Position numbers and translations under genes: made by a program. A stretch of 64,000 nucleotides of DNA from Roseibacillus sp. (lineage in GTDB: Bacteria > Verrucomicrobiota > Verrucomicrobiia > Verrucomicrobiales > Akkermansiaceae): positions 256,001 through 320,000 of the forward strand of contig JBPOGI010000002.1 in NCBI GenBank assembly GCA_051251855.1, in the 5' to 3' direction. Within the stretch, counting starts at the first letter, position 1, and each line of letters opens with the position of its first letter. Under the pieces are notes generated by a model. That model did no database searches. It saw only the letters and a program-made list of their open reading frames with translations, and was not told where the DNA came from. Below are positions 9,631 to 19,263 of this stretch, piece by piece.

Positions 9631-10869
9631 CTAGTTGAGTCCGGCAGCGGCTTCGTAGCGCACGCGGGCAAGGTGAAATTGTTTAAGAGTTTCAATACGG
9701 GTGTTAGAGAGGTCGAGTTTTTGCTCTCGGGCTCGCAGAGTGGCTTGTAAATCGCCCAAGCCTTTGCGGTAGGCCTCTTCGGAGTCGCGGGCTAATTTGC
9801 CGGCCTCGGCCAGGAGGCTTTGGTCGAGTTCTTGTAAAAGACCGGCCCAAGTGGTCATCTCTTGATAAGCGGCCTCCGCTTCGTTGATGATCTCTTTGAC
9901 CAGTGCCTGGCTTTCGAGGGTCTTGCGGTTGGTTCGAGCCTGCGCCTCTTCGATTGCGGCTTCATTTTTTTGCCAGAAGGGAAGGGCGAGCCTGACTCGA
10001 AAACCAATCGTTCCCTCGTTTTGGAGACCTTCCGGCGCATCCTCAAACCGCTCGTAACCAGCGACCACTCCCAGTTCGATATCGTCATAGCGACGAGCCT
10101 TTTGGAGCTCGATGTTCTCTGCTGCTGCCTGAGCTGCGAAGACGGAGGCTTGGTAGGCGGGATGGTTTGCGAGATTGACTTGTCCTTTTTGGAAAGCAGG
10201 GGTTGTCAGCTGCTGTCCTGCGATGCGAAGAGTGTCGGTAGGATCCATGCCGAGTAGTGGCTTCACCTTGCCCGTGGCCGAGATTTCGGCAGCGCGAAGG
10301 GTGGGGATTTCCGCTTTCAGTTTGGCGGCGTCCAGCTTGGCCTGCGCGGCATCAAGGGAGGAGAGTTCACCCCGGCTGGCAGCGTCCGCAATGAATCCTC
10401 CCAGCGACTGGGCGACTTCAGCTTGTTGGGCTCGTAGGGCCTGTTGATGACGCAAGGTGATGATTTCGATGATGAGCGTGCGTGCTTCCACGATAAGCAC
10501 GCGCTCGACCTCTTGGATTTCTGCTTTGGCTTGCTGGAGCAAGGTGCTCGAAACTCTCTTTTCCAAAGCCAGTTTTTCGGTGACCGGGAATCGTTGCGAG
10601 ATGCCAATTTCGAGACCTCTTTCTTGCAACGATGAAGCTTGGTCGAAACCAAATTCGAGTTCTGGATTTTGCCTTAACCCAGCGCCCCGAAGTCGCGCTT
10701 CAGCTTCAGCGATTTTCCATCGCGCAGCTGCGAGGGAAGGGTTATCTGCGGAGATCCGCCGAGGAATCGTGTCCAGCCCCACAATGAGGCCGGACCGGTC
10801 TGATGCCGCAGCAGGAAGCCACAGCATCAGGAATAGCGGTGTAAAAAATAGTTTTTGGAAAGGATTCAT
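9631..10869 (-). CDS. czcC: CzcC/TolC-family outer membrane factor
   Basis: NPSLAAAR..NPELE, LPFWQKN OEP motifs; first large gene of the czcCBA-like operon. Confidence 0.88.
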   Translation of the reverse strand: MNPFQKLFFTPLFLMLWLPAAASDRSGLIVGLDTIPRRISADNPSLAAARWKIAEAEARLRGAGLRQNPELEFGFDQASSLQERGLEIGISQRFPVTEKLALEKRVSSTLLQQAKAEIQEVERVLIVEARTLIIEIITLRHQQALRAQQAEVAQSLGGFIADAASRGELSSLDAAQAKLDAAKLKAEIPTLRAAEISATGKVKPLLGMDPTDTLRIAGQQLTTPAFQKGQVNLANHPAYQASVFAAQAAAENIELQKARRYDDIELGVVAGYERFEDAPEGLQNEGTIGFRVRLALPFWQKNEAAIEEAQARTNRKTLESQALVKEIINEAEAAYQEMTTWAGLLQELDQSLLAEAGKLARDSEEAYRKGLGDLQATLRAREQKLDLSNTRIETLKQFHLARVRYEAAAGLN

Positions 10870-11082
10870 AGTGTTTGCATGCAGGCACGCGATCTCCGCC
10901 TGAGGTGCGGATGGGTAAAAATTGCAGGGATAAAGACACGACCTACCCGTAGCTTGTTAGGGAAAGTCCAAGGTACGAACGCCTAGAAGGTGCGAGAAAA
11001 GTGGAAGTGAGAACTTCCAAAACCCCGATTAGGGGAAAGCACACAGCCGAGTTAGCTGGGCAGCAGCGTCCGTTAGAGAAGA

Positions 11083-11448
11083 CTATCCTCGCGGAGGACG
11101 GTCTAACTCCTGCGGTTGTCCGTCAGGCAAACGATGGTTTACAAACTGAAAATTTGACGGAGAACGGAATTCAGAGAAAAGAGCATTCTGAAGGTCAGGG
11201 AGAACAAAGCTTATGACCACCTGACAACCGTGGTGATGGTCGTGAGGAATCTGAGAATCGTCCCCGGATGAATTGTCCTCAGGTGATGTGTCGCCATTAT
11301 CTTCGGATTCGTGATGGTGACTACAAGAAGAACAATCCTTTTCGGGAATCAAAGAGTGCTCACCGGGCTGACCACAAGTCTGCACCGATGCGCTCATCGA
11401 AGAAACGAAGAGGCTGCAGATTAGGAAGATGGCGGTGAGGACTTTCAA
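11083..11448 (-). CDS. Small Cys/His-rich exported protein ending in RPP motif (CzcI/DUF2946-like)
   Basis: 121 aa: signal peptide, CSSCSHHH, HDHHHGC and terminal LDRPPRG. Confidence 0.65.
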   Translation of the reverse strand: MKVLTAIFLICSLFVSSMSASVQTCGQPGEHSLIPEKDCSSCSHHHESEDNGDTSPEDNSSGDDSQIPHDHHHGCQVVISFVLPDLQNALFSEFRSPSNFQFVNHRLPDGQPQELDRPPRG

Positions 11449-11663
11449 CGGATTTTTCTTAGGAGTAAGAAAGTAGCCTGTTTATTCCAGATGTTCAAAG
11501 CTTTTTTGAAATCGGAGCAGTTTTTCCGAGGGATAGGCAAAATTGAAAGTGGATAGCTTGTGATTTAACGCTCTCTTCCAATAGAGACGAATGGAGGTGG
11601 TTGACTTGAAGGATCATTGGTTTTCAAATCGAAGCCTTTCGTTGCCTTGTGGCTACGGACTTT

Positions 11664-13862
11664 TCAGACGTAATCAACCATTTCGCCCAGTATTTTTCTG
11701 ATACAATCAGTTGCTTCGGCCATGGGGACAGCGCGGCTGCAGTTAACTCTCAACAGAATCTCGGAAGGGAGGAAGGTGTCGTATTTTTCCAAGTGTTGGT
11801 TGGGCAATATCTCAGCAATCTCAGCTGATGAAAACCCTCCGGCGGCGATTGTTCGAAAATGGGTTTCGAGTTCATCTTTGGTGCACTTGTAATGAAGGCT
11901 GATTTTTCGCTGCTCGCAGGGGATGGAGGCAAGCTTGGCACAGAGAGCAAGGGTTCTCATGACTTCCGAGCTACTCCATGGAAAGACGATGCAGGCATTT
12001 TTCTCGGAAGCAAATGAGCCGTTTCCTTTCAACTTACCTGCCGCATAGTGACGGGCTCTGCTCAACTGTTCTTGGCTATCCTTGTGGAGGTAACGGTAGC
12101 CATTCTCCGACCGGAGAACCTCCCGCATTTTTTCTCGAATCTTGCTGTGAACGCTTCCGGGCTCGCCGAGAAAAATGGGTGGTTTCTTTCCCTTGCCGGG
12201 AATGACATCCACCGTTCGCGAGGAACTCTCGATGACCTCTACCTGCCACCTGCGACCATTCAGAATCAGGAATTCACCTTCAGGAGGAATCGTGTCCGCT
12301 GGGAGAAGTCCTATTTTTTTTCCCTGATTACGAATGGAGAAATCCTCCGAGGATTTAAATGCTGCGTAGAAGTCGCGGTCATGCGTGATGGCTTCCCCCT
12401 TCGGCGTTAATATGAGAAGGCCTTCGGGCATTTGCTCAATGACCTCCTGTTTTCCCAGTTCTCGAAGGATGCTAGTAAAATCAGGTTGGCTGATAGTTCG
12501 GAAGCAACCCCGGGTGCAAAGCGTCCGAAAAATTCGAGTCACTTCGGCCCCTCCGGTTTGGCGCAAGATGCTGAGGACTTGTTGAACAAATACGCTGAGA
12601 TGGTGGTTGGGGTTTGGCGTGGGTTCGAGCCATCGTTTGAGCATCAACTCGATCAATGCGATGCTTTGCAGCAACTGTGGGAAGAGAAAGTCCTCCGGAA
12701 GCGAGGCTTGTGTGGGAGGTTCGTCGAGCGAATACATGCGTAGGATGGACGAGGCTCCTTCTTGACGACCAGACCGACCAACTCGCTGCACGAGTGAAGC
12801 CACTGAAAAGGTGGGGCCGAGTTGGCCCACGGAATAGGCGCTGCCGATATCGATCCCCATCTCCAGTGTGCTCGTGCAAAAGACCGAGAGGGGTTTCCCT
12901 TTTTTGAGTTCTTCTTCTACTGATTCTCGGACTTCCTTGGAGAGGGAGCCGTGGTGAATAGCGAAGGGGTTTTGGGGCCAGCGTTCTGCTTTTGCCTTTG
13001 CTGAAATTCCCTCGGTGAGAAGTTCTGCCAACGCCCGCTGATTGGTGAAGATGAGATTGGTGTGGCGTCTGAAGACCCGGCTCAATTCGTCGACGAGTAG
13101 ATCCACCGGCTGCTTTTTATAAGCTGGTGTCTCTTCCTGTTTTTCAGGCTTTCTGGAGTTTGGTTTCGGAAATGCACGAAGGCCAATTTTGAGTTCGTTG
13201 GAACCTGCCTCATCCTGAATGAGCGAGACTCTATCCGGCGAATCTGGATGGAGGAATGCACGAGCCGAATCGAAGGAGGCAAGGGTCGCTGAAAGTCCGA
13301 TATGGCGGGGGCGTTCAGTAGAAATCTCAATGACCCGGGAAAGAAGCGAAGAAAGGTGCGTACCTCGCACGTCACCCAAGAAGTCGTGAAGCTCGTCAAT
13401 GACGATGTATCGTGTCAGGCCAAACATCTGGGGAAGCTTGTTCCCGTAGTTGATAAAACAAGATTCCAGAGACTCGGGAGTGATCAGAAGAACTCCTGAA
13501 GGTTTGCTTCTCAGCTTTGCCTTTGCGCTCGCGAGCACGTCTCCATGCCAGCGATGCACCTGAATATCTGCGTGAGCTGCGATTCCTGAAATGCGTTCAA
13601 ACTGATCATTGATGAGAGCCTTGAGGGGGGCGACGCAAAGCGCGGAGATTCCGCCAGACGGGTTTTCACAGAGGTCCGACAACAGCGGGAGGAAAGCGGC
13701 CTCGGTCTTCCCCGAGGCCGTGGACGCCGCGATGATAAGGTCATCGGTTGACGCAGAGAAATGTTCAATCGACTTGCTTTGAATCGGACGCAGGCTTGGC
13801 CACTTCTGTTCCCACAGAAATTCCTGAATGGGGCGGGCCAATCTGGAGAAGCTATCCGCCAT
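11664..13862 (-). CDS. sngC: Lhr-like DEAD/DEAH-box helicase (Shango SngC-like)
   Basis: LRPIQ Q-motif, ASTASGKT, TPESLE, DELH, GLSAT, TSTLEMGIDIG, QRVGRSGR. Start taken as ATG 13862; the TTG at 13895 is an alternative. Confidence 0.85.
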   Translation of the reverse strand: MADSFSRLARPIQEFLWEQKWPSLRPIQSKSIEHFSASTDDLIIAASTASGKTEAAFLPLLSDLCENPSGGISALCVAPLKALINDQFERISGIAAHADIQVHRWHGDVLASAKAKLRSKPSGVLLITPESLESCFINYGNKLPQMFGLTRYIVIDELHDFLGDVRGTHLSSLLSRVIEISTERPRHIGLSATLASFDSARAFLHPDSPDRVSLIQDEAGSNELKIGLRAFPKPNSRKPEKQEETPAYKKQPVDLLVDELSRVFRRHTNLIFTNQRALAELLTEGISAKAKAERWPQNPFAIHHGSLSKEVRESVEEELKKGKPLSVFCTSTLEMGIDIGSAYSVGQLGPTFSVASLVQRVGRSGRQEGASSILRMYSLDEPPTQASLPEDFLFPQLLQSIALIELMLKRWLEPTPNPNHHLSVFVQQVLSILRQTGGAEVTRIFRTLCTRGCFRTISQPDFTSILRELGKQEVIEQMPEGLLILTPKGEAITHDRDFYAAFKSSEDFSIRNQGKKIGLLPADTIPPEGEFLILNGRRWQVEVIESSSRTVDVIPGKGKKPPIFLGEPGSVHSKIREKMREVLRSENGYRYLHKDSQEQLSRARHYAAGKLKGNGSFASEKNACIVFPWSSSEVMRTLALCAKLASIPCEQRKISLHYKCTKDELETHFRTIAAGGFSSAEIAEILPNQHLEKYDTFLPSEILLRVNCSRAVPMAEATDCIRKILGEMVDYV

Positions 13863-13875
13863 CAATTCAAGTTTC

Positions 13876-15213
13876 TTAGAGTTTGAAGTCGGCAAGGTCG
13901 TCCGAGGGATCTTCTGTAGCCGTTTCGTTCTCGATTTCCTCCTCTACCGAAGAGCAACCGCTGGGCTTGGTGAAGACTTTCGAGCTTTCGACGGAGAGAA
14001 GGTCTTGCCAAGTTCGGTCTCGATTCTGGTCGAGGATGTTCAGCAGGCCGACAAAGGAGCGGATGATGTCTCTCGGCGTCTTGAAGAATTCCGCCCCCAA
14101 GGTTTCATTGGCTTGCTTGAGGACAGCGAAAATTCCGTCCTCGGGAATGGTTACCTTGGTTGAATCTCCGCCCGCGTGAACGATGGAGATATTTCGGAGT
14201 AGGACAAAGAGGTCTTCCGGAGTGAGGGCTTGAAGTCGAATGACCGGGCCGGAGAGGTCAACCAGGCCGTCGGCTGCGAACTGGTTCTCAGCCAGTCTCG
14301 AACGGAGAGCTTCGTAACTATACAGTCCTCGTCGCTTGTCGGTCAGGCTGTCATCAGTTCCCGCGAGTAGAAACCCAAGATGTTCGGCACGACCTTGGAT
14401 GCAATCGTTGAGAAGGGTGAGGATGGCTTCGAAGTTGGCAGTTCGGGAGCGCGTGCTCGGGAGGCGGTGGGTAAGAACAACAAGTTCATCCAAGGCCACA
14501 AATAAGCCTTGATAGCCTGCTTTTTTGGAAAAGAGCGCGAGTAGTTTGAGGCTTTCGTAAATGGTGTCGTCATCAATGATTCGACGCACCCCCAAGTCTT
14601 GGCGCGCTTCGGTCTTGGTAGTGTATTCGGCTCTGAGCCAGCGCAGACAACAAGCTTTCTTGGTATCGTCTCCCTCTTGCCATGCCAAGTAGTAGAGGCG
14701 AAGAACTTCCGCAAACTCGAACCCTCCCACGAGATTCTGAAATTCTCCAATATCTTCCATAAGACGCCCTTCGACGTCCTCTTCTTTTCCTCCCTTGCTG
14801 AGAACATCATGTCGGACCTCACTGATCCATTTTTCGCAAATTGAAGGCAAAGCATCGCCATCGGGCCGGGAGCGAGTGGCTAGGTTTCGGGTGAGTTCAC
14901 TGTAAAGAGCGCGGGCTTCACCCCCGGAAGCATAGAGACGTCGGTCCATCGAGAAGTCAGCTTGCGCGACCACGAGGTCTTGCTGCAGCACAACTGTGCG
15001 AACGAGATTGATGAAGAAGCTTTTACCGCTGCCAAAACGGCCGACCACAATCCGGAAGGCTGCACCGCCTTCACGGATACGTTCGATGTCGGTGAGAAGA
15101 GCATTGGTTTCTAGTTGGCGGCCAACTTGGATGAGATGGAGGCCCTGACGGGGCACAAGTCCGGCCTGCAGGGATTGAAGGACGGCGTCTTTTTCGCGGC
15201 GCTTGATTTTCAT
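13876..15213 (-). CDS. sngB: P-loop ATPase, DUF2791/BrxD-like (Shango SngB-like)
   Basis: SLQAGLVPRQGL N-terminus, Walker A GRFGSGKS, Walker B ALDELV, GLYSYEALRSRL; sits between the TerB-domain gene and the helicase. Confidence 0.85.
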   Translation of the reverse strand: MKIKRREKDAVLQSLQAGLVPRQGLHLIQVGRQLETNALLTDIERIREGGAAFRIVVGRFGSGKSFFINLVRTVVLQQDLVVAQADFSMDRRLYASGGEARALYSELTRNLATRSRPDGDALPSICEKWISEVRHDVLSKGGKEEDVEGRLMEDIGEFQNLVGGFEFAEVLRLYYLAWQEGDDTKKACCLRWLRAEYTTKTEARQDLGVRRIIDDDTIYESLKLLALFSKKAGYQGLFVALDELVVLTHRLPSTRSRTANFEAILTLLNDCIQGRAEHLGFLLAGTDDSLTDKRRGLYSYEALRSRLAENQFAADGLVDLSGPVIRLQALTPEDLFVLLRNISIVHAGGDSTKVTIPEDGIFAVLKQANETLGAEFFKTPRDIIRSFVGLLNILDQNRDRTWQDLLSVESSKVFTKPSGCSSVEEEIENETATEDPSDDLADFKL

Positions 15214-15228
15214 TGTGATAGAGAGGTG

Positions 15229-17625
15229 TTAGGAGTCTGGGATGAGGTCACGGTAGATAGTGAGAGAGCCGTCAGAATTGTTTTCGACTAGGAAATCACC
15301 GAGCGCTTCGTCAGACCATTCGTTAATTTCGTCGCAAAATGCACTCGGCATGATGTGATGGCTCTTGGCAAGTCTATCGAGGTCAGAGGACGCAGGGGAT
15401 TCAATGGCAAGAAGTTCAGTGAGAAGTTGGGCTAGTGAAGGGCTGAGGTCACCCATCCATTCTGGGGAAGGTGGATGGGAGCCCTTCAAGCCTTCTTGAG
15501 ATTGTTCCTCTTCAGCGGATTCATCCTCTTCTGAAAAGAGGGTAGAAAGGGCGGCAACAACTTCTTTCGTCTCCTGTGTGAGCTCCTCAATCCGAGCAGT
15601 GTCCAAGGTGAACTCGGGTTTGGTTTCTTTCTTCTGTGGCGGAGCAGGGATGGGTTCACCTTTGCTCTTCTTCTTACCTTTCTGGACTTGAACAGTACGA
15701 AACTCGAGGTCGTCGGCGAGGGCGTCTTCCAAGGTGTTCTCCGGGAGCTCGAAAGCTTTCTGAATACGCAGTAGTAGAGCTCGCTCGTCACTTGTGATGA
15801 CTTCATCGGCAGCGGCGACTTTGATAAGATAGTGAAAAACTCCCGGCCGGTTTTCAGGAGGAATACTCTTTGAAAGCCGATTGAGGTTTTTGAGTGCCAG
15901 TTTTGTGTCGGCAAGTAAGGCGGCCTTGGTGGCATCGAGTTCCATATTTTGACTTTCTGAAAGCTCTACCGTAGCACGGGCTTGGTGGAAGAAATCAAGC
16001 TCCTCCTCTGAGACCTCACCGTCTGCGGCAGCCATCAGGATGTTGAGATAGAGGAGTTTGAGCAGACCAACTAATGATTGGTGGTCATAGCTCTCGTTCA
16101 GAGGCTTCGGGTGAAGGGCAACGATTTGCTGCCAACGGAGAGAAAGGTTAAGAAGGGAGGGGTTGGGAGAAATACCGTAGCCCATGGAATCTACGAAATC
16201 AGCCAGAAGGCCGGTTTGTTTCGCAGTGAGAGTCGTGCGCTCTGGAATCCCGAGCATCACACAAATGGCTTCGCAAGGAACAGTTATGAACAAATCCTCG
16301 CTTGGCGAAGTTGCTAAGAGGCTCTGAAAGGATGAATAGAGAGGGCACTCCTGAGGTGTTCTGAGCTCTCTTGGCAGCTGAAGCCAAGCTGCGAGTCGTT
16401 CTTCGTCGTTGGGGGAGTGAGCCTGTTTCAGCTTTTGAACTGTCCGCGAATACCCGAAAAGTTCGTCGATGCATTCGTTCCAAATTTGAGGGAGTTTGCG
16501 GAACTGACTTTTAATTCCGAATACGTTGGGAATGGTCGCTTGAAAAGCGTCGCTCGGAAGGGAGCCACTCATCATCCGGGGTGTGAGGGATGCGTTGGCT
16601 GTCTGGTAGCGAATTTTTTTCTCACGTTTCGACCCCTTGAGAGGAAGTCCATCGGGATAGCCTTGGTTGAACTTTGCTTCAAAGAGTTGGCGGAACTTTT
16701 CACCCGTTCTGGAGATTACTACAGACCGTCGGGAGTCGTCATGCTGTTGTGCAATGAGGTATGCCAACTCAGAAGTCAGAGGCTCTTCAAGAGTGGCCAA
16801 GTTCCCGGTCACAAAAGAAAGCACGTTCTCGCTTACTTTCTCTGGATGAAGTGGCAACAGACTTGGCCATAAGCTTCGATAGCTCTCAGGGGTGAGACGA
16901 GTACCGAGAAAGTGCAGGAACTCGCTAGAATAGGAGACGAAAGAACGCTTAGGTTTGGCCGGTCCATAGGTCGCAAGTAGATGCATTCCTACCTTGATGA
17001 CTTCTGCGATATCCTCTTGTTCGTAAAGGGCCCGGCGCTCCAGACCGTAGAAGTAGATAAAGACGTACCCGTGGTTGCGCTGGAGAGGTTGCGGGTCGAC
17101 AAGACCTTCTTTCAGCCAAAGCAAATAGGACGCCTTTTCGGCCGGGGTCAGGTAAGCGTATGAGGGATAGTAAGAACTACTAAATTGGTCGGCTGGAGCA
17201 GGAGAAGCGACCTTGTCGTTGGCTGTGATCGCCGATGGCTCGTAGAAGTCTACTGAATTGTTTGAGACGGCATAAAATCCGCCGTTGATTTTGTAGCCTT
17301 GAATCCTGGTTGATTGTTCAAAAGGAACCCACTGCAAGGGGATGTTGTCTTCAGTCCGTTCGGTCTGAGGAGTAGGTCGACTTGTTCGCTGTGGAAGTTG
17401 TGGAAGTTGTGGAGGGGTTTTTCTGGATTCACGCTTCTTCCGACTCCGGTCATAGATTTTGCGAGCTTTTTGTTTTCTCAGGTGGCGTTGATATCGTCCA
17501 CGAATTTCGAAGACGATCCCGCCTACAATGAGAACTACGAACGTGAGAAGAAAGAGCGAAGCATCGATAGAGCCAGCAACCACGAGAAGAAGAATTGCTA
17601 ATAGACCGATTCCTAACTTCTTCAC
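15229..17625 (-). CDS. sngA: Membrane-anchored TerB_N/TerB/TerB_C protein (Shango SngA-like)
   Basis: Two N-terminal TM segments, YYPSY..LTP..YLLWL and GYVFIYFYGLERR (TerB_N), AADGEVSEEE and AAADEVITSDE (TerB), DEINEWS..LGD (TerB_C). Confidence 0.85.
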   Translation of the reverse strand: MKKLGIGLLAILLLVVAGSIDASLFLLTFVVLIVGGIVFEIRGRYQRHLRKQKARKIYDRSRKKRESRKTPPQLPQLPQRTSRPTPQTERTEDNIPLQWVPFEQSTRIQGYKINGGFYAVSNNSVDFYEPSAITANDKVASPAPADQFSSSYYPSYAYLTPAEKASYLLWLKEGLVDPQPLQRNHGYVFIYFYGLERRALYEQEDIAEVIKVGMHLLATYGPAKPKRSFVSYSSEFLHFLGTRLTPESYRSLWPSLLPLHPEKVSENVLSFVTGNLATLEEPLTSELAYLIAQQHDDSRRSVVISRTGEKFRQLFEAKFNQGYPDGLPLKGSKREKKIRYQTANASLTPRMMSGSLPSDAFQATIPNVFGIKSQFRKLPQIWNECIDELFGYSRTVQKLKQAHSPNDEERLAAWLQLPRELRTPQECPLYSSFQSLLATSPSEDLFITVPCEAICVMLGIPERTTLTAKQTGLLADFVDSMGYGISPNPSLLNLSLRWQQIVALHPKPLNESYDHQSLVGLLKLLYLNILMAAADGEVSEEELDFFHQARATVELSESQNMELDATKAALLADTKLALKNLNRLSKSIPPENRPGVFHYLIKVAAADEVITSDERALLLRIQKAFELPENTLEDALADDLEFRTVQVQKGKKKSKGEPIPAPPQKKETKPEFTLDTARIEELTQETKEVVAALSTLFSEEDESAEEEQSQEGLKGSHPPSPEWMGDLSPSLAQLLTELLAIESPASSDLDRLAKSHHIMPSAFCDEINEWSDEALGDFLVENNSDGSLTIYRDLIPDS

Positions 17626-17753
17626 TGACGAGGAAGATAGAAATCATCCCTAGTCAAGGAAGCCTAAAATCTCAAAGCCTGAAATTCGATTTTGTAGAGA
17701 TGAAATCGGAATCTGTTGCCGTTCCCCAAATATGTCGGCTACTTTCAAGAGCT

Positions 17754-17927
17754 AGTCAGTTGATTGTCTGTCGCAGTCAGTGTTGTCAAGTTTGTCAGGC
17801 TGCTCATTCTGCTGCCGAGAGTCTTGAGCTCGAAATGCTGTGACAAAGAGATGGATATAGTTGGTGTTTCTATCCTAAGTCGCTGATTAGAAATGCGTTG
17901 ATAGTTGTGACGATTTCTGTCGTCACA
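17754..17927. repeat. Origin-like patch of short GTCA/TGTCA repeats plus 8-bp inverted repeat
   Basis: GTCA at 17755, 17776, 17785, 17794 (GTCT at 17766); inverted TGTGACA at 17840; perfect IR TGTGACGA (17906-13) / TCGTCACA (17920-27). Confidence 0.5.
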
Positions 17928-19260
17928 CCCGACCATATAGTCGAGCTGAGAATTCCGAGAATGGAGCGGCAGTCGCAGTCTTGTCCTGAATACGAACTGC
18001 GCCAACGTCTACCAGACTAGCGAGAATCTCGTCTCGGGCTGCGGAGCTAGGGAGACGAGCTGTGCGTTGGAGCTCTCGGAGGGAAAGGGGACCTTGCTCA
18101 CGAAGCATTTGCACAGTCTTAGAGATGAGTTCCGGTGGGTGGCTTGCGGGCAGGCCTAAGCCATGCCAAGTGAGAGACTCAACGCCGAGGGTTATGCCGC
18201 GTAGAGTCTCGCCGTAAAGTTTGTAGATCGTCTCGTCAATTTTTGGAAACGACTCTTTGGGGCTTTGTGAGGCTGCCAGCCCGACGAGGCTGTAGCACAT
18301 CGAGTAGAGTTCACGAACGAGAGTGAGGATGGCGAATTCGTAGTCAGCTGGAAGAAGATGGAGGCGCTGGCGAAGTCTTTCGTAGAGGCGATCGCTTTCG
18401 CTCTTTATCGAATACCGGGAAATGGGTCCTATCTGTGAAACTTGTGTCTGGGGCCACATCGTCGCTAGATTCTCGAGATGCGGCCAGTTGGAATCTATGA
18501 GAGTTCCTTTGCTGATGTCAGGAAGGGGTATGATTGGGAGTCCCAGTGTTAGCAAGTGAGAGGTTGTTACAAAGTCCCATTGCTCGACTGAAAGCGATCC
18601 GGCCAAGGCTATCCTTTTAGGAACCATTGCTAACGGCCTGCCGAATCCTTCTGGTGGGAGAAGAGTTTTTTTGTCCCGAAGATTTTGCTTGAGAAGGGTG
18701 ATGTCCTCATCGGTTTCGAGACGCAAAGTGACGATGCTGTCTTGGTCGCTGATAAGTCCGAAGTGTTCGTCCCAAGAACTGGCATAAGGACGGCTGCGAC
18801 CATAGCCATAACCAGTCCTCTGGGCTGCGTAGAAATCACCACGGTAATGCGTAGCGGTCTTCGAGCCGGGAATACCTTTGGTTAGCTTTAAGGAGTGATT
18901 GTAGTCTTTGACAGCAGTAGCCATTCGTACGGGGGCGTCTTCGATAGCGCCGAAAGCAAAGGGGCCCTCTTTCTGCACATGTGGCGTATTGTCGCTTTGT
19001 AGGGTGAGAAGTCTTTTTGCTGCTTCGACGGCGTGGCTTTGGAGGGTCGTTGAGTCGTTGATGAGAACGAGGGAAGGGAATGTCCCGGCGGTCCTCTCCC
19101 CAGCTAGCTGCCAGAAGCTGAGGACTGCTGCGGTTACCACGAGTGTTCGGGTATCGGGGTCCTCAGAGCACGAAGTAGCAAACTCTAGAAGAGCATCTAG
19201 ACTCGGCTCGGAGAGTTTCTTGAGCTTGTCTGGAATCGTAAAGTTCCCGATTTGGTTCAT
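17923..19260 (-). CDS. Hypothetical island protein with C-terminal winged-helix-like domain
   Basis: 445-aa ORF 3 bp downstream of the previous gene; C-terminal PLSLRELQRTARL..RDEILASLVDVGAV resembles a wHTH. Confidence 0.7.
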   Translation of the reverse strand: MNQIGNFTIPDKLKKLSEPSLDALLEFATSCSEDPDTRTLVVTAAVLSFWQLAGERTAGTFPSLVLINDSTTLQSHAVEAAKRLLTLQSDNTPHVQKEGPFAFGAIEDAPVRMATAVKDYNHSLKLTKGIPGSKTATHYRGDFYAAQRTGYGYGRSRPYASSWDEHFGLISDQDSIVTLRLETDEDITLLKQNLRDKKTLLPPEGFGRPLAMVPKRIALAGSLSVEQWDFVTTSHLLTLGLPIIPLPDISKGTLIDSNWPHLENLATMWPQTQVSQIGPISRYSIKSESDRLYERLRQRLHLLPADYEFAILTLVRELYSMCYSLVGLAASQSPKESFPKIDETIYKLYGETLRGITLGVESLTWHGLGLPASHPPELISKTVQMLREQGPLSLRELQRTARLPSSAARDEILASLVDVGAVRIQDKTATAAPFSEFSARLYGRV

Positions 19261-19263
19261 AGC

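Noticed and set aside
13876..15213. BREX system call from the BrxD-like ATPase
   Set aside because: No pglZ, pglX or brxC in the window.
17390..17416. 9-bp tandem repeat (TGTGGAAGT) x about 3
   Set aside because: In-frame PQL repeat in a linker of the TerB protein; too short for a CRISPR or a contingency locus.
15229..17625. Tellurite-resistance interpretation of the TerB-domain gene
   Set aside because: No terZABCDE genes are present; the context with ATPase and helicase fits a defence locus.
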